64,000 nucleotides of DNA. Origin: Dimorphilus gyrociliatus. Its lineage: Eukaryota > Animalia > Annelida. Location of the stretch: contig CAJFCJ010000005.1 of assembly GCA_904063045.1 (NCBI GenBank), positions 3,218,165 to 3,282,164 on the forward strand, given 5' to 3'. Shown one piece after another: positions 1 through 12,671 of the stretch (within the stretch, counting starts at the first letter, position 1; each line of letters begins with the position of its first letter). The notes beneath the pieces were generated by a model. That model was not told where the DNA came from. It did no database searches and saw only the letters and a program-made list of their open reading frames with translations. Both the position numbers and the translations under genes were made by a program.

Positions 1-1414
1 TCACCCCTCTCTTTTCCCTTATGTCTTAAACTTTGAGATACAACGAAGACAATGGAGAAGGAGTAAAGGTAAACTAAGGGAACATGTTGGTATATCAAGT
101 TTTCCATAATATTAATATACTCTATAGACTAAATATATATTTATCCAGTATAAAATTATAGGGTTAAAGAGTGTTTATAGTGAATTGAATTGACAGATGT
201 TTCCCTTCTTCTCTCTATCCCTCTAGTTCAAGTACTTTGGCAGAGTTGACAGGAAAAAAATTGCCGAATCCGCTTATTGTATAATAAACATGGAAATCAA
301 AACAGTCGTTTATTTATATAGTCGCCTTACAATATAGGATAGAGCTTAAAGTGAAATTTCTTTACCCCCACTGCCGAATAATTCTAAAGTTGAGGTGAAA
401 GAAGACATCCTCCTACTTTTTTTTCTCTATTTCTTTCACTTATTTTTCTCTTTATTTAGAATAACGGAATATTCGAATAGCTGAACTAGTCAGAGCGTGT
501 CTTAAAAGACGGACGAAAGAGAGCTGATAGGTAGTGTTGCAGCGCTTTTTAATAAATGAAAATCCTTTTTTGGATTAGTAGGCGTACAATTGAAATTGAG
601 GCGGAAAAAACTCGATTGTCTCCTCTATAGATATTCGTCGTTTCGCTTAAACGCGTTCGAAAGACGAAAATACTGCTTTATTTTCATAATTAAACCGTTT
701 AAAGTACGTTTTTTAATCTAGCCGGAGGCGATTAGGGAAGAATACTTAGTTCAAGTATATTCGAGAAGCAAATTGTTTTTAGTATGGTTTACTATTCCAT
801 TTTAACACCCAGCTAACCACAAACTTCCCCTAGCATACTCCTCTCTTGCCCCCTACCCTTGCCTTCCACCACCCCTCGCTACAACCTCTTATTTCTAAAC
901 ATATTTTATGTTCTAGACCTTAACACCGTGTCATTTTCTCTATGTAATCTACTACTCAAATATTATCCTGTTAGCAGCTTTTATATGATACATATACATG
1001 GATACGTATATACTGAATACATACTATAAAGATATGTTTAAGTACATCTACTTTAGAGGCTATTAATTAATTTAAACTATGACGTAATAGATGGAGAAAG
1101 AGTATTTTAGAAGCTTTTATAAGCTAATAATTCTATAAAAGTTACGTTCTGACGACAAATGTTAATTGTTTAGAGAACATAGTAATAAAAACGCCAAACG
1201 ACACTCTATAAATAACTTTATAGGATTCATTACTCTCCTTAACTTTAACAACCCTTAAACTTATCTCCACTTTTTCTCACGGCGGACTAGGGATTAGACT
1301 CTCGCAAAAGCGGATTTAGATAGAGCAATAACAAGTGAAAGCGTTCAACGACTAGTCTATAGACCAGTAGAATGAAATATAAATAATAATCCGTAGCAAT
1401 ACAATGCAACTTAC

Positions 1415-4179
1415 CAGAGGAGGGCATGCAATGCCGAGTAGCAGCCATTAATAATTCACAATTAGCCGGAATGGGTTTAGTTGTGTAGAAAAAGATCTGA
1501 AAGTCCACCTGGCAGGCAACAACATTTTGCTCCTCTTCAGAACAAGCTATTTGCACGAAGCGCATCCAGTTAGAGTTTTTAGCTGCTACGTCAATGTAAT
1601 GATAGACGCGATTATCCGTTGTGAACACCTGCGTTTTTTTAAGGAAAATTTTTTTTTTGTTTAGTATAAAACATAATATATATTGTCCCGTTAATTGGGG
1701 ACGCGTGCCGAAAAGCTTACCTTCCAAAAGTGTCCATCTGATTTAGCTTCTGGGGGTACAATCTCACCCTGAAGCGGTCCGAAGCGGGTACCTTTTGGAA
1801 TATATTCTCTACTCCAAACGCCGGAGGGTTGCTGTGTTTAGTCAATGTCAAAATTAGTATATAAAATTCTATATACCTCTTTATTAAATAGATAAATAGA
1901 AATGGACGATAAAAATATTTAATAAATATTATTAATTTAATGTCCGTATCTTTATAAATCACTTATTTTCTATTACAGCTGGTATAAAAGAAAGATGCTA
2001 TACATTGATTCCTTTAGTTGTCTTATAGGCCTTATTTAAAATGCATATACTGTATAACCGACTTTTCTTCGAATTAAAATAAACATAAGTAAACAAATTA
2101 GATAAAGAACTAGATAAAATTAGTTACGTAAGCCTTGGTAAATAGTCGCAAATATATAAGATTCATATTAAACAGTAACAGTAAACAACTTTATATTATG
2201 ATATATATGTACATACACGATATATATATATATATTTGTTTGGATTAGAGAGAGAGAGAAAGAGAAAGAAGCGTGGGGAGTGGGAGATAGATAGATTGAA
2301 TATAAAATATATATCTATATACAACGTACTATCAGAGGAATCGCTTAGAGTATTTATAGAAACTTGTTGATTACGAATATTTTCTATAAGATAACAAAGA
2401 TTCCTTAGTTAAACTTTGTATTAAAAATAGAATATACATATTTTCATTATCGAAGTCTCTTAATTAATTCAATTTTTAAGAAGCTTATAAAAATAATCAA
2501 TAGATATCTCATTTAAATATTGTCAAATGAATTAGGTTTTTTTCAAGTTCAAAGGAAAATTATCTCATCATTGATTTCCTCTTATTTTTTATATTTGTTT
2601 TTTTCGTGTCTATTTTTACTATTTTTAAATGTAAAATATTGATGAGATATGTTGAAAAGATAAAGAATATTTCTTCCTATAAATATGCATAAATTAATAA
2701 AGTGAGCGTGCGATATTTGTATATTTATCAGTTCATTTGAATTAATTTCTGGGTAATTAGTTAACTTATGTTGAAGACATTTATTATTAATAATAAAAAT
2801 TGAAGTTTTATGTTTAAAACGCACTATTAAAAATACAGTAACATCTGCTCCATAAGCCATAATCCTTTTCAAATCCTACTTTACTATTTTAATCTTTCCG
2901 TCTTGAAAAGAAATAAAAATCTGTAACTTTTTTAAATACTTTTAACAAAGAGAAAATCTATGAAATATAATTTTTTGTCTGCTTACAATTTCTTACAAAC
3001 TATATAGCTGACAAGGTGGACAAACAAGAATTGTCGCCGGCGGAAAAAAGGGGAGGAATTATATCGTCGACGTCATACAGTGCTACATGACGCCTTAACG
3101 ACTGGTTTGCGACGTCTGGCGCCTTATGACGTCAGTCTGACGTCACCGAACGCTCATAGATCACATCTTGGTGGGAAAGGCGGGAAGCCAAGAAATTCCC
3201 GCCATATTTGTAACGCTTAATTCTAATCCTCGTATTTTATTTCTCTTTTTCTCTCTTTCTTTCTTTCCCCTCTTATGAAATATTAGAGAGGCGGTGCAAG
3301 TAAAGAGAAAAAGCATTAAAATTGCTTGCAATCGCAATTTAATAATAGTTAAGTAAACACTCAAACAAGGATTAGAGACGTTCTTTTTCAGCTTTCGTAT
3401 TCGCTTTGTCATCTCCTCTTTTTTATCTTTTGCTCAGCAAATAGACAGAGGAATGATAGTCAAAGAATTATCAATAATCTTTCCTTTCTTTCGAAAAAAG
3501 AAAACGTTTCTATCGACGTACAAATAAATAGTGATAATGTTAATGATAGGTATGAGTCAATAATGAAATATAATAAACTAGAAATTGCACTCGTTCAAAA
3601 CACATTCCTCTCATCTTATAACTATAATTTGACCTAAATATTTACTTTACATGCTTTTCAGTTTCATATCACTAAAATATGAGAAAGCGAATACTTCATC
3701 AATGATTAATTTTAATTTAAAACTATGAATATTCATTAAAATAGTAGAACATGTTACACTAGAGACTCACATCGCTTGGTACTATTTTCATATATTATCT
3801 TATCAAAAAAAACTAACGCTATTTTCAATCAGTCCTCGATTTAGAATCCGGGATTGTACTAGGCCTATAAGAAAAGCAATAAAAAAAGAAATAGGGATGG
3901 AGGAGAATGTAATGATCTCAGCGGTGTCATACAGCCCTCCTTTACGCAAGAACGATTCGTCCAGTTAGATTGAAAAACTATTTGATAGTGTCGAATGTCG
4001 ACATTTAGTAGAAAATTTAATACTAACCCTTTCCGATGGTTTGAAAACAAGATTCCTGGGAAGTGTGGCTTGCGCTCGGTTTTCACCCTGACAAAGTCGG
4101 TCCGGCACAAAATACGTAGCTAATTTGTCGATATCACCTTTCGTTAAGCGGCTCAGGTCCCAGCCGTCTTCCATACCGT
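1415..4179 (-). CDS. PRDM1: PR domain zinc finger protein 1 (Blimp-1), partial: three PR/SET exons at 4179-4028, 1831-1721 and 1628-1415; downstream exons lie beyond the left edge
   Basis: The spliced frame reads MEDGWDLSRLTKGDIDKLATYFVPD..AQATLPRNLVFKPSER|QPSGVWSREYIPKGTRFGPLQGEI..HFWK|VFTTDNRVYHYID..NSNWMRFV..EQNVVACQ..IFFYTTKPIPANCELL. This matches the PRDM1 signatures ASLPRNL, EYIPKGTRFGPL, SNWMRYV and YFYTIKPIPANQELL. Junctions are canonical GT/AG and phase-compatible. Confidence 0.9.
3068..3145. promoter_or_regulatory. Cluster of CRE (CREB/ATF) sites in a PRDM1 intron
   Basis: Perfect TGACGTCA at 3127-3134 and 3138-3145; near-matches CGACGTCA (3068), TGACGCC (3088) and CGACGTCT (3110). 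Confidence 0.5.
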
Positions 4180-4895
4180 CTATAATAAAAAATAGAGAAG
4201 ATTTTTAGATAGCATAAAACAAACATATTCATAAATATATAAAAAATAAGGGTATATAGCAAACAATAGAAAATAAAGAAATCTACATAAAATATAGTCA
4301 ATATATAGAGTAAGAATGGTCACTACATGCTCTTAATTAATGTAAAACTTTATTAAATATGCATAACTCCTTACCCCACAGATTTTTAATAAAAACGGAT
4401 ACATTTACATTATAGATTTGAATAGACAAAACACTAGAGTCATGCTAGAAGTCATCAAACATATACAGTCTATACAAATCAATTAATTAAAGAAAAATGA
4501 AAAGACAATGCTAACAATTCCCAAACTCGTAAACAAACATTACAATATATATATATATATATTAGATATATTGTAACTTTTGGTATTATATATACATAAA
4601 TATAAATATAAATGATTGAAAAAGGGCCTTATTGGCCCTCACAATCGATTTATGCTAGAAAAAACGAATAGAAAATAAAATAGAATATAAAGAATATCTA
4701 CCAAGAATCATTTTGCACAGGAACATAGAAACTAAATGGTTTTGAAAAAGAATTTTATTTTTACTTTCTATCAACCGATAAGTTTGATAAGCAGACAGGC
4801 GGCGTATGGTACGGATAAGCCTATTTCGTTCGACTTCTTTCTCGCAAGTACTTTACTGTCGGTGTTGAGGCGATATAGTTTCAAATGGTCGACGC

Positions 4896-5081
4896 TGATT
4901 GGCTACCCCGTTGGCCAATGACAGGGTACGGACGTCCCACGGTATAGACGCTAATTGATGCGCATTATCGTGTGGCGCGGGAATCGTGTCAGGTAGATAG
5001 GAGCGGATTGCATAATCCGGGTTAGAGCGAAATTGGCCGCTATTTCGACGTCTTCAGCACCTGGCCTTTTTGGCGCCAAAA
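4896..5081. promoter_or_regulatory. GC-rich promoter-like island with two CCAAT boxes and an E2F-type palindrome
   Basis: GATTGGCT at about 4897-4904, GGCCAATG at 4913-4920, and the perfect 14-bp palindrome TTTTGGCGCCAAAA at 5068-5081, about 0.7-0.9 kb upstream of the first visible PRDM1 coding exon. Confidence 0.4.
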
Positions 5082-8000
5082 TTTTTACAAGTGCTTATTC
5101 AAATTAGGGCGATTAGTCTTAAAAACTGAATAAATATCATTTAGCTTTTTTTTTTTGTTTCTACAATCCATCAATTCCTTGGACATATTGAAGAATTCAA
5201 AACCAATTAACGCTTTACGATATGCATACCAAAACGATGGTAGTTAACGGTAATTAATTACTTGGGAAACCTTGAAAAGTTTCAGTTGGTGGACGTACAT
5301 GAATATTTAAATATATAGTCTACCCCTCCAAGAGAAATAGAAAGAGAGGAAGATTTTATACTTTTTTCTCTTCGTTTCATTTATAATGAATAAATTAAAA
5401 TAAAATTTGAATAAATTATTAAAAACTCTCTCGTTGTCCCCCATACAAACTAAACTAATAAGTGGACAATCTAAGCATATTAGCATAAACATATATCCTA
5501 ATATCCATATCAATAAATAAATATACGCTCCACAATATATAATCAGTATACGTTAGCATATACACGCATACTTTTATCAACGTAAATAGTATACTTTAGT
5601 AATTGTTACATTAAGGACAGTTTTCTTTATAAGTCTCATTAATCTTGTTAATTTTACAAGGAAATAGTTGTTTGACGTATAGCCGCTTAAATCTAGACTT
5701 TTAATGCTTTAAATCACTAGAATAAGGGACTTTTCTTAAGGAAATATACTAAATAATATTTTGTCAATTTCTATAATTTTTATTTTGAAATATTTCCCCA
5801 ACACAAAAAAACGTCAACAAAGCGACTATTTATACAACAAAAAAAGGCAAGTTGACGGCGATATTACCTGTAGTCTAACCTATACTATTTAAATATTGTA
5901 TATACAAGTATATACATTAACGAAAATTTAAACATATATATAGATATATACTAATCAAAGATGCATAAATCATAATACTAACCGCAGTATTTAGATATAT
6001 TTCACATGACAATGAAGAAAAATTGAAGAAGAGTTTTCGCATAAATGCAATCCTTAAGTTTGATTAAACCGTGAAAGAGCGATGAAAAAGGTGATGAATT
6101 GATTTTTAATTTTGATTGAAGCGCCACTCTTTTTTTTATCTATGCATCTTGTTTATTTATATAAAATTTATAAAAGGTATGCGTCCCTTGTCTAGCTGGA
6201 TGCATAGTCACACGTTAGACGCTTGAACGGAATTGAGCGTTTTTCCTTTATAAAGGCTATACATATATGATACAACGTAGACGTGGGTGATATTCGTAAT
6301 CAATAGTATAAAAAAGAAATTGAAAAAACGTTCTTTACCAACCGTCGATAGTTCGATCCGCGTACTCCTTGGCGGCGATCATAAGATTAAGAAGGTTCGG
6401 CGGCGGCTTGATACAAAGGCGATTTGAATACAAAAGTGAAAGATTTTTCTGTTGTTAGAGGGCACTGCTAAGACCCCCTGCTAGACTTCATTTAGTTATA
6501 GTTCAGTATGTGGCTTATCTTCCTCCCCCCTACTTTTCATTGCACTCCATAAATTATATATTTAGACTCTTTCAGGGGCGATTAACTGAAATAACCGCTT
6601 GCCGCTCCTGCATACAGGCTTCAACTCGTTCCGGAAAGTCAAAAAATAGCCTAGACGATATCGCAGGTGCGCTATTACTATTGAGATGAAAGGGAGAAAG
6701 TCGTCATCCTTTTTTTGTTGAGTTTAGAATGGCGGAGTCTAGGCAACGGCCGTTCGACGGCTATGGTATGCGAGTGAAGCGGAAAGAGCGTCCATTAACG
6801 GAACGAATAAGAAATTTTTAAGCGTCTACAGTAGAAGGCGTTAATTAAGTCATTGCATAACGACGTCGATTGGACACCTTTTGCGGTGACCTTCAGAAGT
6901 CACGCGCGTGTCAAGAACGAGACAAGAGATTATGGTACCGTGGGAGGGCGCTCCCTCAGAGACGGCTGCTTAACGGTGTCGGATAAAGGAAAAAGTTTTT
7001 TCTCTTCCAAAAAAAAAATGAGCGTAGTCCTATTACTTTACACACATTTACATTTTTTCGGGCAATTAGGCCTAAATTCTCGCTCTTCCAGGGCAGTTGT
7101 ATCTTGTCATGGCTCATTTATTTGCTTTACTTAAGATTCTGATAAAATATTTTAAGCCCAATTTACAATATAAACTACTCAAGAGAGGAAAAAACGTAAA
7201 TTTGTAATCAACTTATTAATCATGATTATTTATTAATTCTTCGTCTGTAGTCGTGTGCAAAAAAGAAAAAAAAACAGCGTGATAACTTTGTCATGTAACG
7301 GGAAGCGATGTCGAATGAGACAAAAAACGTTACTTTACGCAAGGAAGTTGCGTGGGACAAGTGGAAATTTCTTTCATTCATTCTCCTCTCTCTCTCTCTC
7401 TTTTCCTTTCCCGTCTTGTTTCCTCTTTTTTTAAGTAGCAATAATTTATTCTCGTATTAAAATCTCTTTAATTATAATAAACTTATGCATATGTATTAAG
7501 AATAGCCCTAATTTCTAGCAGTTTTAAACAGGAGACAGGTTGTATAGTTTGCAATAAAAGTAATTTTTTAGACATTAACTAACCTTTTTTAAAAAATACT
7601 ATAGAAACCGTTAAAAGAAATTGTTGACCTCTTTGTATATACATATCTTGAATGGATAAAGTATGTATATGAATATTCATTAATAATTATTGAATACAAG
7701 ACTAGATATATTTTTTTAAGTTCACACAAGTCGAAAGAAATAAATGACACTAATTATGATCTTTCTTAGGTCTCGTTCAATTCTCATTTTCCGTTCATAA
7801 GTTAATCTATTTTCAATAGAGTCGATTTCTACGTTGAGAATGAATAGGCCTTGGACGTACTTATTTTGCATACATATGAGTTACCAACATTGTAGGAAGT
7901 GATAATCAGAAGGAAATGATAGGAAGCCCCCTGCCTTTTCCTTTTTGTATATATTAAAGCGTCTAATTTACTTTATATTATTTAAATAACGCCCTTGGCC

Positions 8001-9408
8001 TAAAGAATATTCATGAGTTAGTAAATGCGTTTGGGCGTACATGTTTTAACGTATTTGAGCATTTCCTTTGAAAATGAAGACGCAAGGAAACGTAATGGTT
8101 GCTAAAAAGGAGTCATAGGCCCAAATGCATAATTAAGCCTAAGTATCAGAAGAAAAGTCGTTTCACTTTACGACTGTATCTTATCAGAGTCAAAGATCAG
8201 ACAACAAGCGAAATTAAGCAATTAATATCAAAGAAAGACATTTCTAGCATTTTCTATCTCTCGGGATTGGTTATTCACATGATTTTTCTATTATTATTAC
8301 AGCATTTAAGCATCTCTTCAACGGAAGGTTAATGAAGATTAAATGGAAAAAGTTTAGAGTCTTCTTAGCGCTCATTTGAGTAATAAGGTACCGCTCAAAG
8401 ATAATTAATTAGCATAACAGTATTGTTATTGGAGGTATGTGCGACTATTATTACAAGGGGGATTGGTTTGCTTGTAAGGAATGCTTGTATAACACGAGTA
8501 CGTCATATGCTACGAGTGACGATAATGACCAACTACAGGGAGGTGATTACGGGTGACAAATCACCGATGACTCGGAAATTGTAAGGAGAGAAGAAAAGGG
8601 TAAAGAAGGGTTAGGAATAAGGTTACTCGCCCATTATTTCATATATAAAATTATACATATATATAGAAGTTAACTAAGGCAATACTATGCCACTCCGCCC
8701 ATTGGTTTCTGTTCGCATATAGAAATGAAGTTGTCAATTTATCTAACCCTCCAGGAATAAAAGATTGTATTAGCCGGATAATAAAGGGAAAAGAGAAAAG
8801 AAATCGTAAAAAGATACCGAACTATTGGAAAATTGATGTGGAAAATAAGAAACTAGTAGTTTTTAACCCCTGAGGCCACCAACTTCATCGCATTCCCATC
8901 GTCCCGTAATTTCACTCGGCCGCCCGATTAAGTTGAAGTGATTGCCGATGACGGATAGGCTATAAACATGTCAAGAAAGTAGCCTCCCCGAGCCGGCGGC
9001 TAGTTAGAGGCTCCTATAGATAAATTCAAAAGAAGAACAGTGGGGGGTATGAATGTTGAATGAATTTTATTTACTTTAAACAATAGTACATGTAATTTTA
9101 ATGATATTTTACATTAAATCTATAAACTATAGAGATACAGATATTATAGATAATATATATATATATATATATACAGTCTATCTAGTCATAGAAAACAAGT
9201 ATGTAGTGTATATGTCTGAGAAAATACTTGGCAGTGTATGCATATTCAATATACTATATATATATATGTATCTATAGATTTCTCTAAAGAGGCTTTATTT
9301 CTCCTTCATCTAATGCTCCCTCTTCATCTTTCATTCAGGATAATATACTTAAATAAAAAAAAGGTATTCAAAGTGCTTGCCAATAAAAAGATTTGATCAA
9401 CAACTTAC

Positions 9409-9482
9409 GTGTATCGGAATGCTATATTTACATGGAAATATTTCCCTTCATATAGTCCGATTTGCATAAAGAACTCATCCAT
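9409..9482 (-). other. Candidate 74-nt upstream exon, possibly PRDM1 5' UTR
   Basis: On the minus strand, acceptor cctcttccag|ATGGATGAG and donor GATACAC|gtaagt; it is out of frame with the next PRDM1 coding exon. Confidence 0.3.
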
Positions 9483-10460
9483 CTGGAAGAGGCATAAGCA
9501 GATTAAAATTTTCGCCCACCTTTTTATACTATTTACATTCGGCATGTTGGAAATAGCAATAAAGGATTATAGAGGAAGTGATTTAGTTCGATTCGGCAAG
9601 CAGCTGTTGAATTTATAATTCCACAGTTGGCACATATGTTATTCACGAAAACTAGATGAATTTTCTCACTTTCACATAACTACCACCTTCCGGTCTATAA
9701 CAATAAGTACAGATAGGCAATAAAACTATAACTAACGTTATTATTTACAATTTTATAAGGATAGGAAATAGTACTTGGTTAAAGAAAAAGAAGGAGGCAA
9801 AAGAGTAAACACGCTATTGCAAAGTTATAAAAAAGAAAGAAGAAGGGAAACTTATGTAAGGAGTTTTTTCTCCTTCCAGTAGAATTTACTCAACAACTAC
9901 ATAATAGAATTGAATGACTGAATGAGAAATTTTCTTTCAAATAAACAGTAAGTCTCTCTTTCTCTCTTTCTCTTCGGGGCCCCCACTCTCCTCTTTCTTT
10001 CTCACTTTCACAAAAGCTCTAGTTTCCGGTTTATTGAATGAAAAACGAAAACTGTATAATACGGAACAACTCAAATAGAATACTTCAATCAGAAATGCCG
10101 ACAGTTTTTTTTGATATTTTTTACCAACTTCATTCTGATCCTCTCTTTTTCTCTCGTTCTGTTATCTAAGCCGATCCTTTTTTGGAAATAAAAGGTAAAA
10201 GAACTTTATAATTAAAAGGGATTTTTTTCATTGGCAAAATACGAATTGACGAGAGCCATATGCGCAACAAAGACACGAATTTACGCTGTATATCAATCAT
10301 CTGCTAAATGATATATATATATATACGCCCTTTTTCTTGCAGCCGTTTAACGCCGTTGCATTCAAATCGCTTTTCTTCCTCCATCCATTATTATATGTGC
10401 TTATTAGTCGCTACTTTGATCTTTCATTCACGATTTTTTTTATGCAAAGTACTTGTATGT

Positions 10461-10576
10461 GGGGGGGGGGAGAGAGAGAGAGAGAGAGAAAGACATAGAG
10501 AAAGAGAGAGAGGGGGAGGGAGGGAGGGACGGAGGAAGGGAGGGCGGAGAATAAAGGGGCGGGATGAAAAGAGGGC
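10461..10576 (+). repeat. G10 run + (AG)n microsatellite + GGGA-rich polypurine tract with GGGCGG boxes
   Basis: Directly visible: gggggggggg agagagagag...gggagggagggagggacggaggaagggagggcgg...ggggcggg. Confidence 0.8.
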
Positions 10577-12671
10577 AACGTTCGCTGCCATTGTGGCGAC
10601 ATCTATAGTTCTTTTTAAGTGGTTTAGATAATACTCCTCCTCTAATCGCACTTGGTTTAAACAAATTTATCTTCATATCTTCGATAAGTGTACTTCCACT
10701 ACCATTCCATTTCCCTTTTCTTGATTATGAAATATTGAAAAATATTATACATAGTATTTATAATATTCAATACAATATATATAATTTTGAACAATAGGTT
10801 AATTGTCTTCTTTACATTTCATAATAATTAATATTTATCAACTCTTACGTTATTAAGATAATAGAAAGTTGTTGTAAGGATAACAAAATTGAGCAAATAT
10901 TGAATTGTTAATTAGATAAAATTATATCCTAACAAAAAAATCAGGAAAGGTTAATTGATAGTTTCTTTATTATTCACTTAATAAGTATAACAATTGGCTA
11001 ATTAGCAAATATTTTCTCAATAGATGATATATTGCGATATGACCTTTCTATTTCTCTTTTTTCTATACATTTAATACAAAAGTATCTTTACATTGTTTAT
11101 TACTTGGTCATTTATTGCATAGTTACAACATTCATTTAGTTTACTTATTATAATATTAATAATTACACTATTTCCATTTTAATACTTAAAGGTGACTGTA
11201 AGCTTAATAGGTTTACCTTGAACAAAGTCGAAAAAATGACACATTGCTTTCAATTGGGCCTAATAAACAAGCTACTTTGATAAGAAGCATGATAAAAAAA
11301 GTGAAGATCTCACACTTTCTTTTTTATTGTTTAATCTTTTATAATAAAAAAAGAAAGAGAGAAAGAGAAAAGAGTAAAATGAATTTTTGTCTACCCGAAT
11401 TAATTTGTTAAATAAAGAATAAGTTGAAGAGAAGATAATTAATGGACATTCATAATTTTAAGAATATTGACAACGTGTATTGCATATATAAAGTTTATAT
11501 ATGAAATAGATTATATATTGTAGACGTGATACTTTATTCTCTAACAATAAAAAAGAGTTTGAAATAGTTAATCAAATCTAGAGTTTGAACGCGAATGACA
11601 ATACTTGGTAGTGATTTATTAACAACACATATATTACTTATATATCATAGTTATTAAATAAATTTTATTATACTTTTTTGTTTGAAGAGACTAAGGGATA
11701 TTTGTTATTTAGCTTAACCAAAAATACTTAACACATGAACATTTTATCATTGTGTCTCTTTAACTTCATATCGAAATGTTCCTTTTTGAAAATAATCTCT
11801 GTTTCCTTTTACAAGCAGAGAGATTTCTATAAATACATATATATGATATATCAGTTTTTGTTGCACAGTGTGAATATATAGTATATTTGTCAGTAATATC
11901 AATGCGATTGTTCTTATTTCGTCATAGAGACAAAGAGAATTTTGTCCATTAAAGTTAATAAAGAATTAAGGATTACTGGATTTGAATGAATTGTAAAAAA
12001 GAGAAAAATACTGAATATACCCTAAAATAATTTATATAGCGATAGATAAATATTTTCGGCCCGCTATTTGAACTTATAGATCGATTATTTTTTAACATTC
12101 TATTTTCGACATTGAAACACTCTTGACCTTAAATATCTCTTTATAAGGCATTGTAATCTATTCTTATGTCCATTACACTAATACTTTTGTATTTTCTCTG
12201 TCTAATCAGTTAATAACCTTTGCTTATAGAGATATCTTTAATACAACGCTTTCCAATTTTTAAACTAATAAAAACTTTGATAGCGAGTCTAAACTAATCG
12301 AATTGTTTGGTATTTCGCTCAGAATTTTGATTTTTATTATACGTGTGAACTATGTTATTTTTCATTTAAATTAGAAAAGGAAATCAATATATATCTTGAC
12401 AAAACAACAACAACAACAACATAAAATAAAGTTAATATATGAGAATAGTGATAAAACATATCAATAATTTTTCTACGTACACATGAATTTCAACTTGTAT
12501 TGATTTTCTTCTTAAATTAAAAATTAGAATTCTCAGAAGTGGATAATTCATTTTCAATTTTCAAACAGTCATTTTTTATCTCTAGTCTAAATTGTTAATT
12601 TAATATCTTCATTGATCATTTAATACGAAATAGACAAAGCAATGAAGAAAATATCTATTAACAATACCTTC

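Noticed and set aside
6350-6361. GTTCGATCC B-box-like motif (tRNA/SINE?)
   Set aside because: No A-box or cloverleaf pairing around it.
8981-9012. Nested GC hairpin AGCCTC..AGCC-GGC-GGCT..GAGGCT
   Set aside because: Too short for a miRNA precursor and no snoRNA/snRNA boxes; more likely part of an enhancer island.
2582-9618. Short ORFs in the PRDM1 introns and upstream region (e.g. 2582-2872, 3161-3412, 6853-7134, 8099-8332)
   Set aside because: No motifs, and composition matches AT-rich or regulatory non-coding DNA.
10308-10676. Four overlapping ORFs of 63-107 aa
   Set aside because: By-products of the GA/G-rich repeat, which lacks stop codons; no domain signal.
11880-12330. Broken minus-strand frames vaguely like LRR-family exons (LDSLSKFLLV*KLESV, NSLCLYDE)
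   Set aside because: Similarity is marginal and the splice signals do not fit the family pattern; needs tBLASTn.
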